This document shows positions 9,622 through 20,500 of a DNA stretch of 64,000 nt, piece by piece (position 1 is the stretch's first letter; every line of letters begins with the position of its first letter). The DNA comes from Giardia intestinalis (taxonomy: Eukaryota), in NCBI GenBank assembly GCA_000002435.2, contig CM018790.1; one strand, written 5' to 3'. Under the pieces are notes generated by a model. That model ran no database searches, was not told where the DNA came from, and worked only from the letters and a program-made list of their open reading frames with translations. The position numbers and the translations under genes were made by a program.

Positions 9622-11232
9622 TTAGCTATAGCTCCCCTTTAGCAAAAGCTTATCTATGCACATACTAAACTTCTCTGAAAGAGGCGTCCGAGAACATTTC
9701 AATCTTTTCTCCAGCAATTGTAGGGCCGTCTCTCCTTCAGCATTAGAAAGGATTGCCTCGTACATGGCCAAGAGTGCAACGCATTCTACATTCCCCTCTA
9801 GAGTGGCGAGAATAAGTGCTGTGTTCCCTGAGATATCCTGCATTCCTGCCTCATCCAAAAGAAGTCTGACACATTGTGGATGGTTGTTCTCCGCTGCGTA
9901 CATTAACGCCGTGCGACCGGATGTTGTAGTCATCCGCATTTCCCTATTCCGTAAGAGCTTCACGCAGTCTTGGTGTCCATTTCTAGCTGCTCCCATTAGT
10001 GCCGTATGCCCGTCTGGCCTCTGGATGCACGCCTCAAGCATGAGCAGAGGAATGCATGCCTTCTGGCCAGAATATGCTGCATCCTGAAGTGCTGTCCAGC
10101 CTCGTCTGCTTTGGATGCCCAACTCTGAGAGCAAAGCTGAAACACACTCCACATGTCCTTTGCGTGCAGCTTTGATGAGAGCGGTGCCTTGCCAATCTGT
10201 TTTGCCCGCTTCAGATATATACTCTGTCAGTTGATCTACATTTCCTTTCTCTGCTGCTAACATTAGTGGGGTAGGAGCATCAACCTCTATTCCCATGCGC
10301 GGCATCACCTGGACCAGATTTCCTGGTGTTTTCCAATCGTTGTAGCGTCCAAAGCTTATCTGAAGAGGTGCAGATATCGATTTGTTGGAGATTGCAGACT
10401 CTCTCGTGCATATCGTATTATTTTGGCAAAGATATTGAATATGCAGAAGCAGCTCAGCTGCAGAAGGCCGGCTCTGTGGGTCAGAGAGTAAGCACTTACC
10501 TATCATATTAGTCAGGTTTATAGAGTACTCCGAAAGATTGACGTGTTGAAAATCTAAAGATTCGTTTTGTTGATTGATAAGTAGGTCTGGTTTGCAGAGA
10601 TGTAATAGTAGAGAGCCAAACGACCAGATGTCTGTCTTGGTGGTATGGGTCTTTGAACTCATCTGCTCTGGAGCTCTATACAAATTGCCGGCTGAATATA
10701 TCCAATCTTGATTAGTCTCATCTATTGTAGCACTCATAGATATGCCACCACACCAGCAGTCGCACAATTTGTAAACACCAATACCTGCGATAAGGATGTT
10801 TTCTGGCCTAAGGGCCTTGTAAACTAGTGGCCCCATGGGATTGAATTTCGAATGAAGATGTGCCAAAGCATCCGCCACGGACCTAGCTATGCTCCAAATT
10901 TCCTCCTCCTCCACTGGATTTTGCTGCTTAATATGCCTATCTAACAATGCTGAGAGGTTCTCACCCTGGAGATACTCTGTTTCAACAAGAAGTCTATCCT
11001 CTTTTCTTGGCCAGATCCTATGTATTTTTACAACCGATTCTGTGTCAAGAGATGAAAACCTGTCGTAAAACGCAAGAATTTCAGTTCTATCGACAGAGTC
11101 CAACTCGTGCAGGTCAATATCTTTCACAAGTACAAAAGTATCATCTACGAGACGCCGAGCTATGTACACCGTTTCCTTATCATTCGCGTGGAGCAGCTGG
11201 GCATCTGCGTGATGCTTAGAAATTTGATTCAT
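9622..11232 (-). CDS. NEK-like protein kinase domain (probably catalytically degenerate) fused to C-terminal ankyrin repeats
   Basis: Kinase subdomains are recognisable ('LRPENILI' in place of HRDLKPENIL, 'YRAPE', 'DIWSFGSLLLHL'), but the HRD Asp and the DFG motif are not conserved (DCW). The C-terminal half is ankyrin repeats ('TALMGAARNGHQDCVKLL', 'TALMYAAENNHPQCVRLLL', 'GNTALILATLEGNVECVALL'). The track start at 11253 is GTG; the first ATG is MNQISKHH. Confidence 0.65.
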   Translation of the reverse strand: MNQISKHHADAQLLHANDKETVYIARRLVDDTFVLVKDIDLHELDSVDRTEILAFYDRFSSLDTESVVKIHRIWPRKEDRLLVETEYLQGENLSALLDRHIKQQNPVEEEEIWSIARSVADALAHLHSKFNPMGPLVYKALRPENILIAGIGVYKLCDCWCGGISMSATIDETNQDWIYSAGNLYRAPEQMSSKTHTTKTDIWSFGSLLLHLCKPDLLINQQNESLDFQHVNLSEYSINLTNMIGKCLLSDPQSRPSAAELLLHIQYLCQNNTICTRESAISNKSISAPLQISFGRYNDWKTPGNLVQVMPRMGIEVDAPTPLMLAAEKGNVDQLTEYISEAGKTDWQGTALIKAARKGHVECVSALLSELGIQSRRGWTALQDAAYSGQKACIPLLMLEACIQRPDGHTALMGAARNGHQDCVKLLRNREMRMTTTSGRTALMYAAENNHPQCVRLLLDEAGMQDISGNTALILATLEGNVECVALLAMYEAILSNAEGETALQLLEKRLKCSRTPLSEKFSMCIDKLLLKGSYS

Positions 11233-11265
11233 GGTCTTTCGGTATACAACCACAGAGAAAATAAA
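11233..11265. promoter_or_regulatory. ~33-bp divergent intergenic region shared by the NEK-like gene (-) and Nbp35 paralogue 1 (+)
   Basis: Sequence between the two first ATGs: ..CACAGAGAAAATAAA-ATG on the plus side. It is AT-rich initiator-like, and Giardia promoters are known to be very short AT-rich elements abutting the ATG. Confidence 0.4.
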
Positions 11266-12330
11266 ATGCCATGTTGTGGTGGTGGTAGCAATGGGCCTTG
11301 TGCCTGCCGATCTGGAACTAGAGATGTCGAAGGTGACTCAGCTGTAGGTTTAAGAATGTCTGGGCCTAATGACCCTACTCCAGAGCAGATTTCTCTCAAG
11401 GGTGAGTGCGCTCCTGAAAAGTGCAGCGGCTGCCCTGCACGAGGAGCATGCTCTAGCCGTGGAGCAGACAATAGCACGAGTGTTGCTATTTCAGAACGCA
11501 TTCAGCATGTAGGCCGCATTTTACTTGTCCTTTCCGGTAAGGGTGGCGTTGGGAAGTCTACCCTGGCTACTCAGCTGGCGTTCTTTCTTGCTGACATCAT
11601 GGGGAAGTATGTGGGGCTTTTGGACTTAGATATATGTGGTCCGTCTATACCAACTATGACATTTACTAAAACTGAACAAGTGCAGAACTTGCCCACAGGA
11701 TGGGAGCCTGTTAGCGTTTCTCACACACTTCAAGCGCTTTCTGTTGGCCACCTGGTGACACAGGAGGACGCCCCAGTGATCTTGCGTGGCCCAAAAAAGC
11801 ATGGCATGGTGAAACAGATGCTAACAGAGACTAATTGGGAATTCGACCCCCGCTTTCCGAAGAGCAACATCATTATAGTAGATACGCCACCGGGTACATC
11901 GGACGAGCACCTATCCATAATAGATATGTATCAGAGTACAATCCGTTATATGCAATCTAACGGATTCCCCAATGTTCCTGTATTAGAAGCAGTTGTGATC
12001 TCTACTCCTCAGGAGGTTGCATTAGCTGATGTGCGCAAAGAGATCAACTTTTGCAAGCAGTTAAATCTCCGTATTAGAGGAGTTATTGAGAACATGTCCG
12101 GGTTTGTGTGTCCCTTCTGTGAGGCAGAGACTCCTGTAATAGAAGCAACAACTGGTGGCGTCAAGAAGATGTGTGAGGACATGAACGTCCCCTATATTGG
12201 GAGCATGCCCCTTGACCCTCAGCTTATGAAGGCAGGAGAGGATGGGGTGGCGTGGTCAACCATATGCGACATAGAGACTTCACCTGGGTATGATGCATTC
12301 GCGAATATATGCGGTAAGATCATCGAATGA
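11266..12330 (+). CDS. NBP35: Nbp35-like cytosolic Fe-S cluster assembly P-loop NTPase (Mrp/NBP35 family), paralogue 1
   Basis: N-terminal Cys cluster 'ECAPEKCSGCPARGAC' (CX4CX2CX5C ferredoxin-like), deviant Walker A 'ILVLSGKGGVGKSTLATQLA', 'LDLDICGPSIP', 'DTPPGTSDEHLS' and C-terminal 'GFVCPFCEAET' (CPXC). The track ORF begins at 11107 inside the upstream gene; the first sensible ATG is MPCCGGG at 11266. Confidence 0.8.
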   Translation: MPCCGGGSNGPCACRSGTRDVEGDSAVGLRMSGPNDPTPEQISLKGECAPEKCSGCPARGACSSRGADNSTSVAISERIQHVGRILLVLSGKGGVGKSTLATQLAFFLADIMGKYVGLLDLDICGPSIPTMTFTKTEQVQNLPTGWEPVSVSHTLQALSVGHLVTQEDAPVILRGPKKHGMVKQMLTETNWEFDPRFPKSNIIIVDTPPGTSDEHLSIIDMYQSTIRYMQSNGFPNVPVLEAVVISTPQEVALADVRKEINFCKQLNLRIRGVIENMSGFVCPFCEAETPVIEATTGGVKKMCEDMNVPYIGSMPLDPQLMKAGEDGVAWSTICDIETSPGYDAFANICGKIIE

Positions 12331-12509
12331 GTGTGACGTTTGATGGTCTGCTGGGGCGTAAACATTAATTAATGCGCGAATAAATAGCTTATCTTTTGAG
12401 TGACTGTCTCCTCACCTTTTGTGCTTGGGTAAGGATTAGGGAGTCTGGAAAACATGGGCTCTGATGTCGACTGCCATGTACATGTGCACATGTGTGGACA
12501 TGCTTCACT

Positions 12510-14570
12510 CTATGTACTCAAGTCGAGCAAATTATCGGCAGGGGTCTCGTCCTTAGAATTGCTAGATATTCCGCTCAGGTTAATGTCGACGGGGATTGAT
12601 GCTAGATTTGCTTTGGCGAGCTGCTTATCTACATGCACAGCAGAATTTGAGTATTCTCGAGCCAAAATGCGGTCGAGAACACTGTCCATGCGTTCTGTAG
12701 CAGGATTCGTTTCGATTAGACGTGTGTATGCGGTTTGCCTGGAGTTTAGAAGGATATTGATATCAATTTCCTCAGGGAGGATGTAACTACTCGAACTTTT
12801 CTTTGAAATCAAGGTGGAATCTTTGTCCTGCCTAAAAGATAAACCGAGAAGTCCTGGGCCAATTGACTTGTGGAACATCAGGGGGGATAGGTTAAACGAT
12901 GGATCGATAGTAAGCGACATTACATGACAACCGATAAACTGACCGACAAAGTCGTCACCGAGCGTTAAGTGAGAAAAGTGGCAGGAAACATATACACCGT
13001 TCCCAGACACGACCACTGGACCGGTGAACACACAGTTAGCCACTAGCTTCACACTTTGAAGACTGGTCCTTTGGCCCTCAAAGATTGAAAAGCGTATGAC
13101 AGAAATATTATGATCGACACCGTTAAATGAACTGTCATCTCCAAATACAGCATCCGCTATAAATAGGTTCATGCTTCCAGTGATCTCTGCGCCATTTTCC
13201 ACATAACAGCGTTCTATGAGGGAAGGACAGTCAGCAACCAGTGTGTGCGCTCTAACATTCTTAAGGATTGAAAGTTGCCCAGCGTGAACGGACCCCAGCA
13301 CAACTAGGTCTGACATCGTTGCTGCTATTCCTGAGGTAATGTTGGCAATAATCGTGGCAATTGCTTGATACATCCAGGAGATCTCTTTTGCGCAAAGCTG
13401 ATAAATTGGGTCATCTTTTATGTATATTCTTGATTCTTCTTCGCTCAAGAATGACCCGAACAGGGAGGTTGTATCACTCATAACGATGTCAGGGTAGCTC
13501 ATGAAATAGCCTATACATTTGCGCGGCGGGGGCCTACCCTTGGATAGTGTGCACTCTTGAAGCTCAGTATTAACGTTAGCGCCGAATTTTGATACACTTG
13601 CATTCCTACCCAAGATGTTATTCGTGAGCACCGCATGCTGGTGTATAGACGTCGTGCTGAGTTCCAGTTCAGTAATGCACATCTGTACAGACGACTCCAA
13701 ATCGATGTTGGTGCTTAAGTCTGGCGAGTCTATAAAGCATTTTGTTCTAGACAATTCAGATCCCTGTCTTGATTTAATGCTCCGGCGCCTCCTTGAAGGG
13801 CGAATGATTTTTGCTAGAGACTCTGGTCTAACAATGCTTTTTGTTTGAAGAGGTGATGGAGAGCTTTTATCTACCAATAATGCAGAAGGAGGAGATGCGG
13901 TAGTAGTAGTAAGCGTGGAGCTCAATATAGTTTCAAGAGGCCACATGCCGATACTGTACTCTTGGGGGGTAGGGTTGATAAGTCTTAGCAGCTTTTGATC
14001 CTTCCTAGATACCTTCTTATTTTGCTTCTTCCAGGCATAGGCCTCAGCATTAACGTTTCTGATAATACACCCGCTTCCAGAGTGAGATAATTTGAACAAT
14101 AGGTCTCGGTATGACCACACAGGAAGTATAGAAAGCGTAAGCTGAAAGGCTTTATTGAAGTCCTTTACTATATTGGTTGCCATGAGCCCGAATACAACGC
14201 GCTCTTCAAGGATATTGTAGAGAGAACTAATAGACTTCTTAACAGATTCGTTCTTACGGCCAAACCACTGAAGCTTGAGGGCCTGAAACTTACTTTCTAT
14301 AGCCTGGTACATATCTCGTATGTAATCCTGGCCTGCACTTATTACCTCCTTCATTTGTCTGATTCTCTCCGTAATGACTTCCTGCTGGTTCACAGAGTTG
14401 TCTGCCCTGGCCTTGATAGCATTTAAAAGATTACTAACTGTACAGGTGGGGTGGTCCTCTTTGATATGGGCTTGAATGGTACACTCTGGGCACTTGGTGG
14501 TGGAGATGGTTGACTCACAAAGAGGACAATAAATGGAATCTGATCTTTTTCCACAGCTGCAATAGGGCAT
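12510..14570 (-). CDS. hypothetical protein with N-terminal Cys-rich zinc-finger-like motif
   Basis: Long ORF with N-terminal 'MPYCSCGKRSDSIYCPLCESTISTTKCPECTIQAH' followed by a helical region and a Ser/Thr-rich linker. The track start at 14660 is GTG and overlaps the divergent gene; the first ATG is at aa31 (about 14570). Function unknown. Confidence 0.4.
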   Translation of the reverse strand: MPYCSCGKRSDSIYCPLCESTISTTKCPECTIQAHIKEDHPTCTVSNLLNAIKARADNSVNQQEVITERIRQMKEVISAGQDYIRDMYQAIESKFQALKLQWFGRKNESVKKSISSLYNILEERVVFGLMATNIVKDFNKAFQLTLSILPVWSYRDLLFKLSHSGSGCIIRNVNAEAYAWKKQNKKVSRKDQKLLRLINPTPQEYSIGMWPLETILSSTLTTTTASPPSALLVDKSSPSPLQTKSIVRPESLAKIIRPSRRRRSIKSRQGSELSRTKCFIDSPDLSTNIDLESSVQMCITELELSTTSIHQHAVLTNNILGRNASVSKFGANVNTELQECTLSKGRPPPRKCIGYFMSYPDIVMSDTTSLFGSFLSEEESRIYIKDDPIYQLCAKEISWMYQAIATIIANITSGIAATMSDLVVLGSVHAGQLSILKNVRAHTLVADCPSLIERCYVENGAEITGSMNLFIADAVFGDDSSFNGVDHNISVIRFSIFEGQRTSLQSVKLVANCVFTGPVVVSGNGVYVSCHFSHLTLGDDFVGQFIGCHVMSLTIDPSFNLSPLMFHKSIGPGLLGLSFRQDKDSTLISKKSSSSYILPEEIDINILLNSRQTAYTRLIETNPATERMDSVLDRILAREYSNSAVHVDKQLAKANLASIPVDINLSGISSNSKDETPADNLLDLST

Positions 14571-14606
14571 TTCAAAGATTGAAGCACAGAAGACAAATGA
14601 AAATTT
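14571..14606. promoter_or_regulatory. ~36-bp divergent intergenic region
   Basis: AT-rich (..GACAAATGAAAATTTATGA-ATG on the plus side; ..CAATCTTTGAA-ATG on the minus side). Confidence 0.35.
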
Positions 14607-16484
14607 ATGAATGTTGCTGTCTTTGGACCTGCGTCCAACTCTGAACGTACATATCTGCACAATGTTCTCACAAGGGTTCTCTCAGATGTAACTACTATGG
14701 ATAGCGCCAGAGAAGCCCTTTCATTGGGGGGAGATGCATTGCTCGGCTATCCTCAATTTTCCGAAGTGGACTTGAAGCTAGAGCCCCCATTTCTCTCTCG
14801 AAATGCTACCGTGCCAAAACTTTTATCTAAGTTAGCACATGTCCCGGTGCTGGCTCGTTTGTTTCCCAAGCGGCTTCACAAACCAACTGCCATTGCCAAT
14901 TACACCCCATCCAAGAGAGCTTCCGGACGTGTATTTTGTGGCGTGTCAGACGGCCGTTTCATTGGAGAGGTAGTTGGATCTGCTCATCTAGGCGTCTCCA
15001 TGGCTTCGGCTAGCGTCTCCTATGACCCCGTGAGAAACATGACAGAGGGAAATCTAGAAGCTTGTCGTTTAGATCCCCTTCAGGTGTGTAATACTAAGCA
15101 CATACTGGTGCGCAAGGAAGCTGGTCAACAATTCTCTAACTATCAATCTTTTCTTAATACTATTTTCAATCAATCAGAGAGCAGGGAAAATAGCAGGGAG
15201 GGTAGCACTATTTCGCCACTTTCAGATACACAGGTAGAAGGGGTATCTCTCAAAGTGTCCAACACAGGAAACTTCAGATCCAATGACAACAATGACAAGC
15301 ATCAATTTGGTTCGGCACCATTCACAACAGAACTTTCTTTAATACTAACAGAGATAACCAAGGATATCCCGACGATGTTAAAGAAGCCCCAAGAGGATTC
15401 TCATTGGACATTTGCTAGCCCCGGACCAGCCTATCATCTTTCACAACTAGATGACGTGACCAGGTCTCTTCACTTCTACCGCAACTCTTCCCGTGTGTCA
15501 GTCGTTACGCAGAAGAATACTTTCATCACAAGCAGGGGTGTCTGGGACTCAGCCTCACGTAGCCATAGAGACGTACCACTGGATAGATATCTCAAGATAG
15601 GTAGGCAGATACTTACTACAGCGTCTCCACATCCGAACGTGTCTGTTCTCTTTGGGGTGGAGCCGTTCTGCAGATTCCATTTTGCTAGGGGTGCGACAAA
15701 CAGACGCTTGGCGTCAAATATTGTAACAGGCCTTCGTGCCGAAGTGGCAACGACGGCAGCAATGTACCTGAGTCCCAGTCTTATGCTTTCCGCATCTGGG
15801 TCTGTCCACGTATCTGAATCTATTGATAGAAGGCGTATATGCAACTTCATTAAGCAATTGCCTGCTGCTGCAAAACAAGACAGTACCCACCAAACCAACA
15901 GCAGCTATAGTCATAGGGCAGTGCTCTCTAATTTAACAAAATCGGAGATAGATGAGAATCTGGGTGACAGCATTAGAAGCAAATTGCGAGGGTTTGCTGA
16001 AGTAATGAGTCCCACGAGCTTTTCATATGTGAAGAACGAGATAATGAATCTCGAGAGCCACTCTGTCCAACCGCATGGGTATACATATACCCCAATTCAC
16101 GATGGTTACGGATGCGCAAGCTCTTCAAAACTGACTCTTTCACCAGTAACAACAGGAAGACATATGGGCAACGGGTTCCTGGCACGCACACACCTGATGG
16201 GGATATGGAAGTCGCCACTCCGAACACCTATATCTAGACCAAATTCAATATATCTGCTAGCAGGCATTGAGGCAGCCATCCCCAAGGATACTCCCCTGGG
16301 GTTAATAAAGGACCTTTCTGTCTATGGGGCGCGTAGAGTGATGCATAATTTTTTGGAATATGCAGCCTATACAGGCGTTCACGTTCGTACACCCATCCCC
16401 GTCACTGCAACTGTCTCACTGTGGTCAAGCAGGGACTTAACTATTAAGCAGAGATTCACATTTGGCTTTTCGCTGAATACATGA
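14607..16484 (+). CDS. hypothetical protein (625 aa), no recognisable domain
   Basis: Uninterrupted ORF with an AT-rich initiator. Its TGA stop is embedded in the ATGA start of the downstream Nbp35 paralogue. Confidence 0.45.
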   Translation: MNVAVFGPASNSERTYLHNVLTRVLSDVTTMDSAREALSLGGDALLGYPQFSEVDLKLEPPFLSRNATVPKLLSKLAHVPVLARLFPKRLHKPTAIANYTPSKRASGRVFCGVSDGRFIGEVVGSAHLGVSMASASVSYDPVRNMTEGNLEACRLDPLQVCNTKHILVRKEAGQQFSNYQSFLNTIFNQSESRENSREGSTISPLSDTQVEGVSLKVSNTGNFRSNDNNDKHQFGSAPFTTELSLILTEITKDIPTMLKKPQEDSHWTFASPGPAYHLSQLDDVTRSLHFYRNSSRVSVVTQKNTFITSRGVWDSASRSHRDVPLDRYLKIGRQILTTASPHPNVSVLFGVEPFCRFHFARGATNRRLASNIVTGLRAEVATTAAMYLSPSLMLSASGSVHVSESIDRRRICNFIKQLPAAAKQDSTHQTNSSYSHRAVLSNLTKSEIDENLGDSIRSKLRGFAEVMSPTSFSYVKNEIMNLESHSVQPHGYTYTPIHDGYGCASSSKLTLSPVTTGRHMGNGFLARTHLMGIWKSPLRTPISRPNSIYLLAGIEAAIPKDTPLGLIKDLSVYGARRVMHNFLEYAAYTGVHVRTPIPVTATVSLWSSRDLTIKQRFTFGFSLNT

Positions 16485-17500
16485 CGGCTGACCACAAATG
16501 CAACTGTAGGTCTCGTGCGACATTTCTAAAAATGGCAGACCAGCCTGTGTCGGCTTCAAATTGCCAGCCCGACAAGTGTGCAGGCTGTCCGTCCAAGGGG
16601 TCGTGTGGATCATCTACAGAATCGCCTGATAATAGGGCTATCGCTGAAAAGCTGAAGAACATTGGAACAATTATCTTGGTCCTTTCCGGCAAGGGTGGAG
16701 TTGGCAAGTCCACTGTTTCCACACAATTGGGCTTCTACTTGGCTGAGAACATGGAGAAGAATGTGGGTCTTATGGATGTGGATATCTGCGGGCCGTCGAT
16801 ACCGACGATGACGTCGTCTCAGGGATCCGAAGTCCACCAGTCTGCACTTGGTTGGGAGCCGATCAGCGTGCTGCCCAATATGGCAATCATATCTATTGGG
16901 TTTATGCTCGAGAAGCTGGACGACCCTGTCATACTGAGAGGTCCCAAGAAGCATGGGATCATAAGCAACTTCTTAAAAGATGTTCACTGGCATTTTGACA
17001 GCGAGAAAATTGAAGATAATTACCTCATCATAGATACGCCACCGGGCACGTCTGACGAACACCTCTCTGTGATCAACATGCTTTCGGCGGCAATGCGTGT
17101 GCTAAATAAAGAGAAAGAGACTGACCCTAGTGTGCACACCCCCACGTTCTTTGCTGTGGTTGTTTCCACTCCCCAGGAAGTTGCTTTGGCCGACGTGCGT
17201 AAAGAGATTAATTTCTGTAAGCAGATTAAGGTGGATGTGAAGGGAGTGATCGAGAATATGTCCGGTTTTGTGTGCCCATGTTGCAATAAAGAGACTCAGA
17301 TCTTCAACCCGTCCTCTGGTGGTGTAAAGCAGCTCTGTGCAGACTACAAAGTAAAGTTCTTGGGCAGAGTGCCACTGGATCCCCAACTCACAAAGGCCAG
17401 TGAGAGTGGGCAAGCATGGAAGAAAGCCGTTGAGGAGGGCACCGTTAGCAAGGGGATGGAGATGTTCTATGAGGTGGTCAAGGGGATTCTTTCTGAGTGA
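16481..17500 (+). CDS. NBP35: Nbp35-like cytosolic Fe-S cluster assembly P-loop NTPase, paralogue 2
   Basis: N-terminal 'NCQPDKCAGCPSKGSC' (CX4CX2CX5C), 'ILVLSGKGGVGKSTVSTQLG', 'MDVDICGPSIPTMT', 'IIDTPPGTSDEHLSV', 'GFVCPCCNKET'. It is collinear and clearly similar to paralogue 1 across the whole NTPase core. An alternative start is MADQPV at about 16532. Confidence 0.8.
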   Translation: MTADHKCNCRSRATFLKMADQPVSASNCQPDKCAGCPSKGSCGSSTESPDNRAIAEKLKNIGTIILVLSGKGGVGKSTVSTQLGFYLAENMEKNVGLMDVDICGPSIPTMTSSQGSEVHQSALGWEPISVLPNMAIISIGFMLEKLDDPVILRGPKKHGIISNFLKDVHWHFDSEKIEDNYLIIDTPPGTSDEHLSVINMLSAAMRVLNKEKETDPSVHTPTFFAVVVSTPQEVALADVRKEINFCKQIKVDVKGVIENMSGFVCPCCNKETQIFNPSSGGVKQLCADYKVKFLGRVPLDPQLTKASESGQAWKKAVEEGTVSKGMEMFYEVVKGILSE

Positions 17501-20500
17501 GCTTGCTGAAGTTCTGTTTTAGTGAATGAGTCCTGCATATGTCTGAGAGAAATGAGATGTCCACCGTGTTGACGAACGAGTACGGGCCACACCGGAAGCG
17601 TCTATGAGACTCGCTGGCTATGGAGGTTGTCGGATTATACAGACCGTTCTTGTGTGCAGTCTCCTGATCACACAAAAGACATGAGAAGGTGCTCCTATCA
17701 GTTATCAACTCAATCTTGCCTATTTCTCCTGTGAAAAGGGTATAGTAAATGATGGTAGTGGATTCCTTGCCCCTTCGTGGCTCAGCAGTTAGTGACGTAA
17801 CTGGAGAAGCAACACATATCTCTGCATATAAGGAGAGCTTTTTAGAGACAGATGCTTGATGATACCGGCTATCTATTGTGCATGATAGTACTGAAATTGT
17901 CCCAAATCGGTCTCCGACGACAATGATGTCTGGATTGAGTGGTAAAATCGCAGTTATAATTCGCATAGGGACACTGTCAGTAAGTTCCAAAGCAAGCTTG
18001 CACTTTGGGGCTTGCGAAAAAGAGAAAATAGCCAGCCCAGCTTTGTTCATGACAACTACTATGCGTGAGCTGCCTAGAAATACTAAACGAATGATTGCAT
18101 CTGGAAGCAGCTCTTGAGCAACGACTTCTTTAATTGCTGTGTCGTACACTAAAAGTCTTTGTGCCATCCCAATACACAAGGTGGCTGAAGATTGCCCCAT
18201 GCCACAGAGTGCAGTGATATCCCATTCAGAAGATAGGAGATAGTGTGCTGGATGTATCTCTTTTATCTGCCGAGATAGCAACTTTGCTATGTTGTCAATA
18301 GTGTAGAAAGATTGTCCATCGGCCCAGGACAATCTGCCAGATGAGTAGTCATATGAAAGAAGACTCGTGCGTGCTGCCAGAGGGAGAGTATACTTAATTC
18401 CCAGCTCGCTATCTGGTAATTTACGGCCTAATCCCATTGTTCGTATAACCACTAAACTTGTTTTATCAGGCACTGAGTGAGATCTAATTATGCATGCGCA
18501 ATATCCACCTTTAAGCATCGTTAGTCCATGCACCGAAAGACCTGCATTATCTTCTACAAATACTTTAATGCTCGTTAGCGATGGACACAGAAGCCCTTCA
18601 ACTGGTTCAAAGACGTGAAATTGCAAATCGGCTGTCACACCTATGAAGTACTTATCCAGAGCACCTTCTATACTCAATGAAGCTATGGACAGAAACGAAG
18701 ATATAGGAAAGTCTAGGCGATAGAGCTGGCGTGGTATCAGACAATCTTTTATAACGGAAAACGCAAGCCAATAGAATACTACTCCATTAGATGTAAGCAT
18801 AACGCTGGTTGTAGATACAGGATGAACCTTGAAGCTCTTCATCTCATGAGGTTGATCGTTAAATAAAATTGGGGCGTCCTTTGCAAAGATTGAAGCAGTT
18901 GTCTCTAGATATTCATTGAGCTCAAGCAAGGACATGATACTCTTCATGTCTAAGATCTTCTCCTCCTTTTTATCAACATAGAAAATATGCAATCCATCTG
19001 TGGCAACTACAAACACTGGAGTATACCTATAGTCGGTAGGCGATGACCAATATGGGCTTAGAAATATGTATATGATGTGTCGCTTTTCATCCAATACAAA
19101 GACTGAGGCAGCGTATTTAAAGTCACTATCTACACTATCTATAGCCTGGTTAACATTCTCCGAAAAAAGGAAGTTAGAATATAATGCTAAAACGTTATTA
19201 TTGCTGCAAAGAAAGAGATCTGAGCATATATGTGCGAGCTGATGACAAGATTGCTTAATGTACTGATTGAAAGAGACATGACAATCTACCATAAATGTGG
19301 GCAAAAATTGCGATATATGGAGATTATGAGGATGTGACTCTTTATCTCTGCCTGTGTAGAGCTGTAATCGGTGAAGATTCCCTATATTAACAGATAGCTT
19401 TAGCAGCCCATTCTGTGTCTGAAAGCATATTTGTGCAGACCTGTCGTTGATAGGCATGCAATATAACACTGATACTAGCGGCACTTTTAAGGAACAGTCA
19501 TAGGTGAAGAGAAGATATGACGACGATTCTGATACCCCAGGTTCGTCCTCCGATAGCTCGTTATCATATTTATGCCTCCCGACTCCGCTTGAAGACCATT
19601 TGCTTGTTAGGAAATCGGTAGTAGAATCGTCTGTGTATTCGTCATGGTCTGGTGGGATCTGAGAGGCATAGCTTAAGGCTCTCCTAATACTGCTATGACA
19701 CAATGAGATAAACACTAGCTTAAGCCTACAAGGCTCGTCTCCTTCAAATATTTGCAAGATAATACCGTTGTGAAGCGTAAAGATCCCCAGTAGGTGACCT
19801 TCCATGTAGATAGGCGTGGCATTTTGTTGAGTTGCAAGGGACTCAGAGACGAATAAGAGATTCATCTCAAGTACCTCCGTACGTACGCTAGATAGTATAG
19901 TTGGTTTATACACGATCTTAGAGTGATGCGACGCGTATTTTAGGCCCGTGTCGACGACTTTCAGACATATGTTTCTTCGGGTCTGTTGAGGATTGAGTGT
20001 GGTGCATGAAAAGATTAAGTACCCAGTAGAATCAAACATAACTTGATAGAGTGCAACAGAGGACACTGCAGAGCTCTCTTCCTTGATCAAGGGCCCCGAG
20101 TATATGTGTGTCATGGGGACAGCAAGAGAGCATAATGAGAGAGATGTTTTGTTTGCCACAAGGTACTTTGAGTCAACCGCATTTGGTGCTGACAATACCA
20201 CCGCAGATGCTATTATGTCAGCAATTGGAAGAGAAATCTCATGGAGCAGTATTCTTGATAGAAACTCAGCCGTATCCTCCTCTCTGAATCCTTCCTTGAG
20301 TGCGACTGGTTGAGTCAATAGCCGCAATAGCTGCAAGGCTGGATAGATAGGGCTACCGTCTCTGTATGTAGGATACTGTACCAGTCGACTAAGTAAAGGG
20401 AGCGGTGCCAGCTTATGACCCCTAGGCAAGTCCACAATCCTGTACAAGGTCAAGCTTCCTGTAGCCATGACACACCCCAGAAACCCACTAGTGAGAAGAA

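Noticed and set aside
14607-16484. 625-aa orphan protein as a divergent outer-membrane beta-barrel (Sam50/Tom40-like) of the mitosome
   Set aside because: The only evidence is a vaguely beta-signal-like C-terminus (..RFTFGFSLNT). There is no POTRA-like or porin-like periodicity I can defend, so this remains pure speculation.
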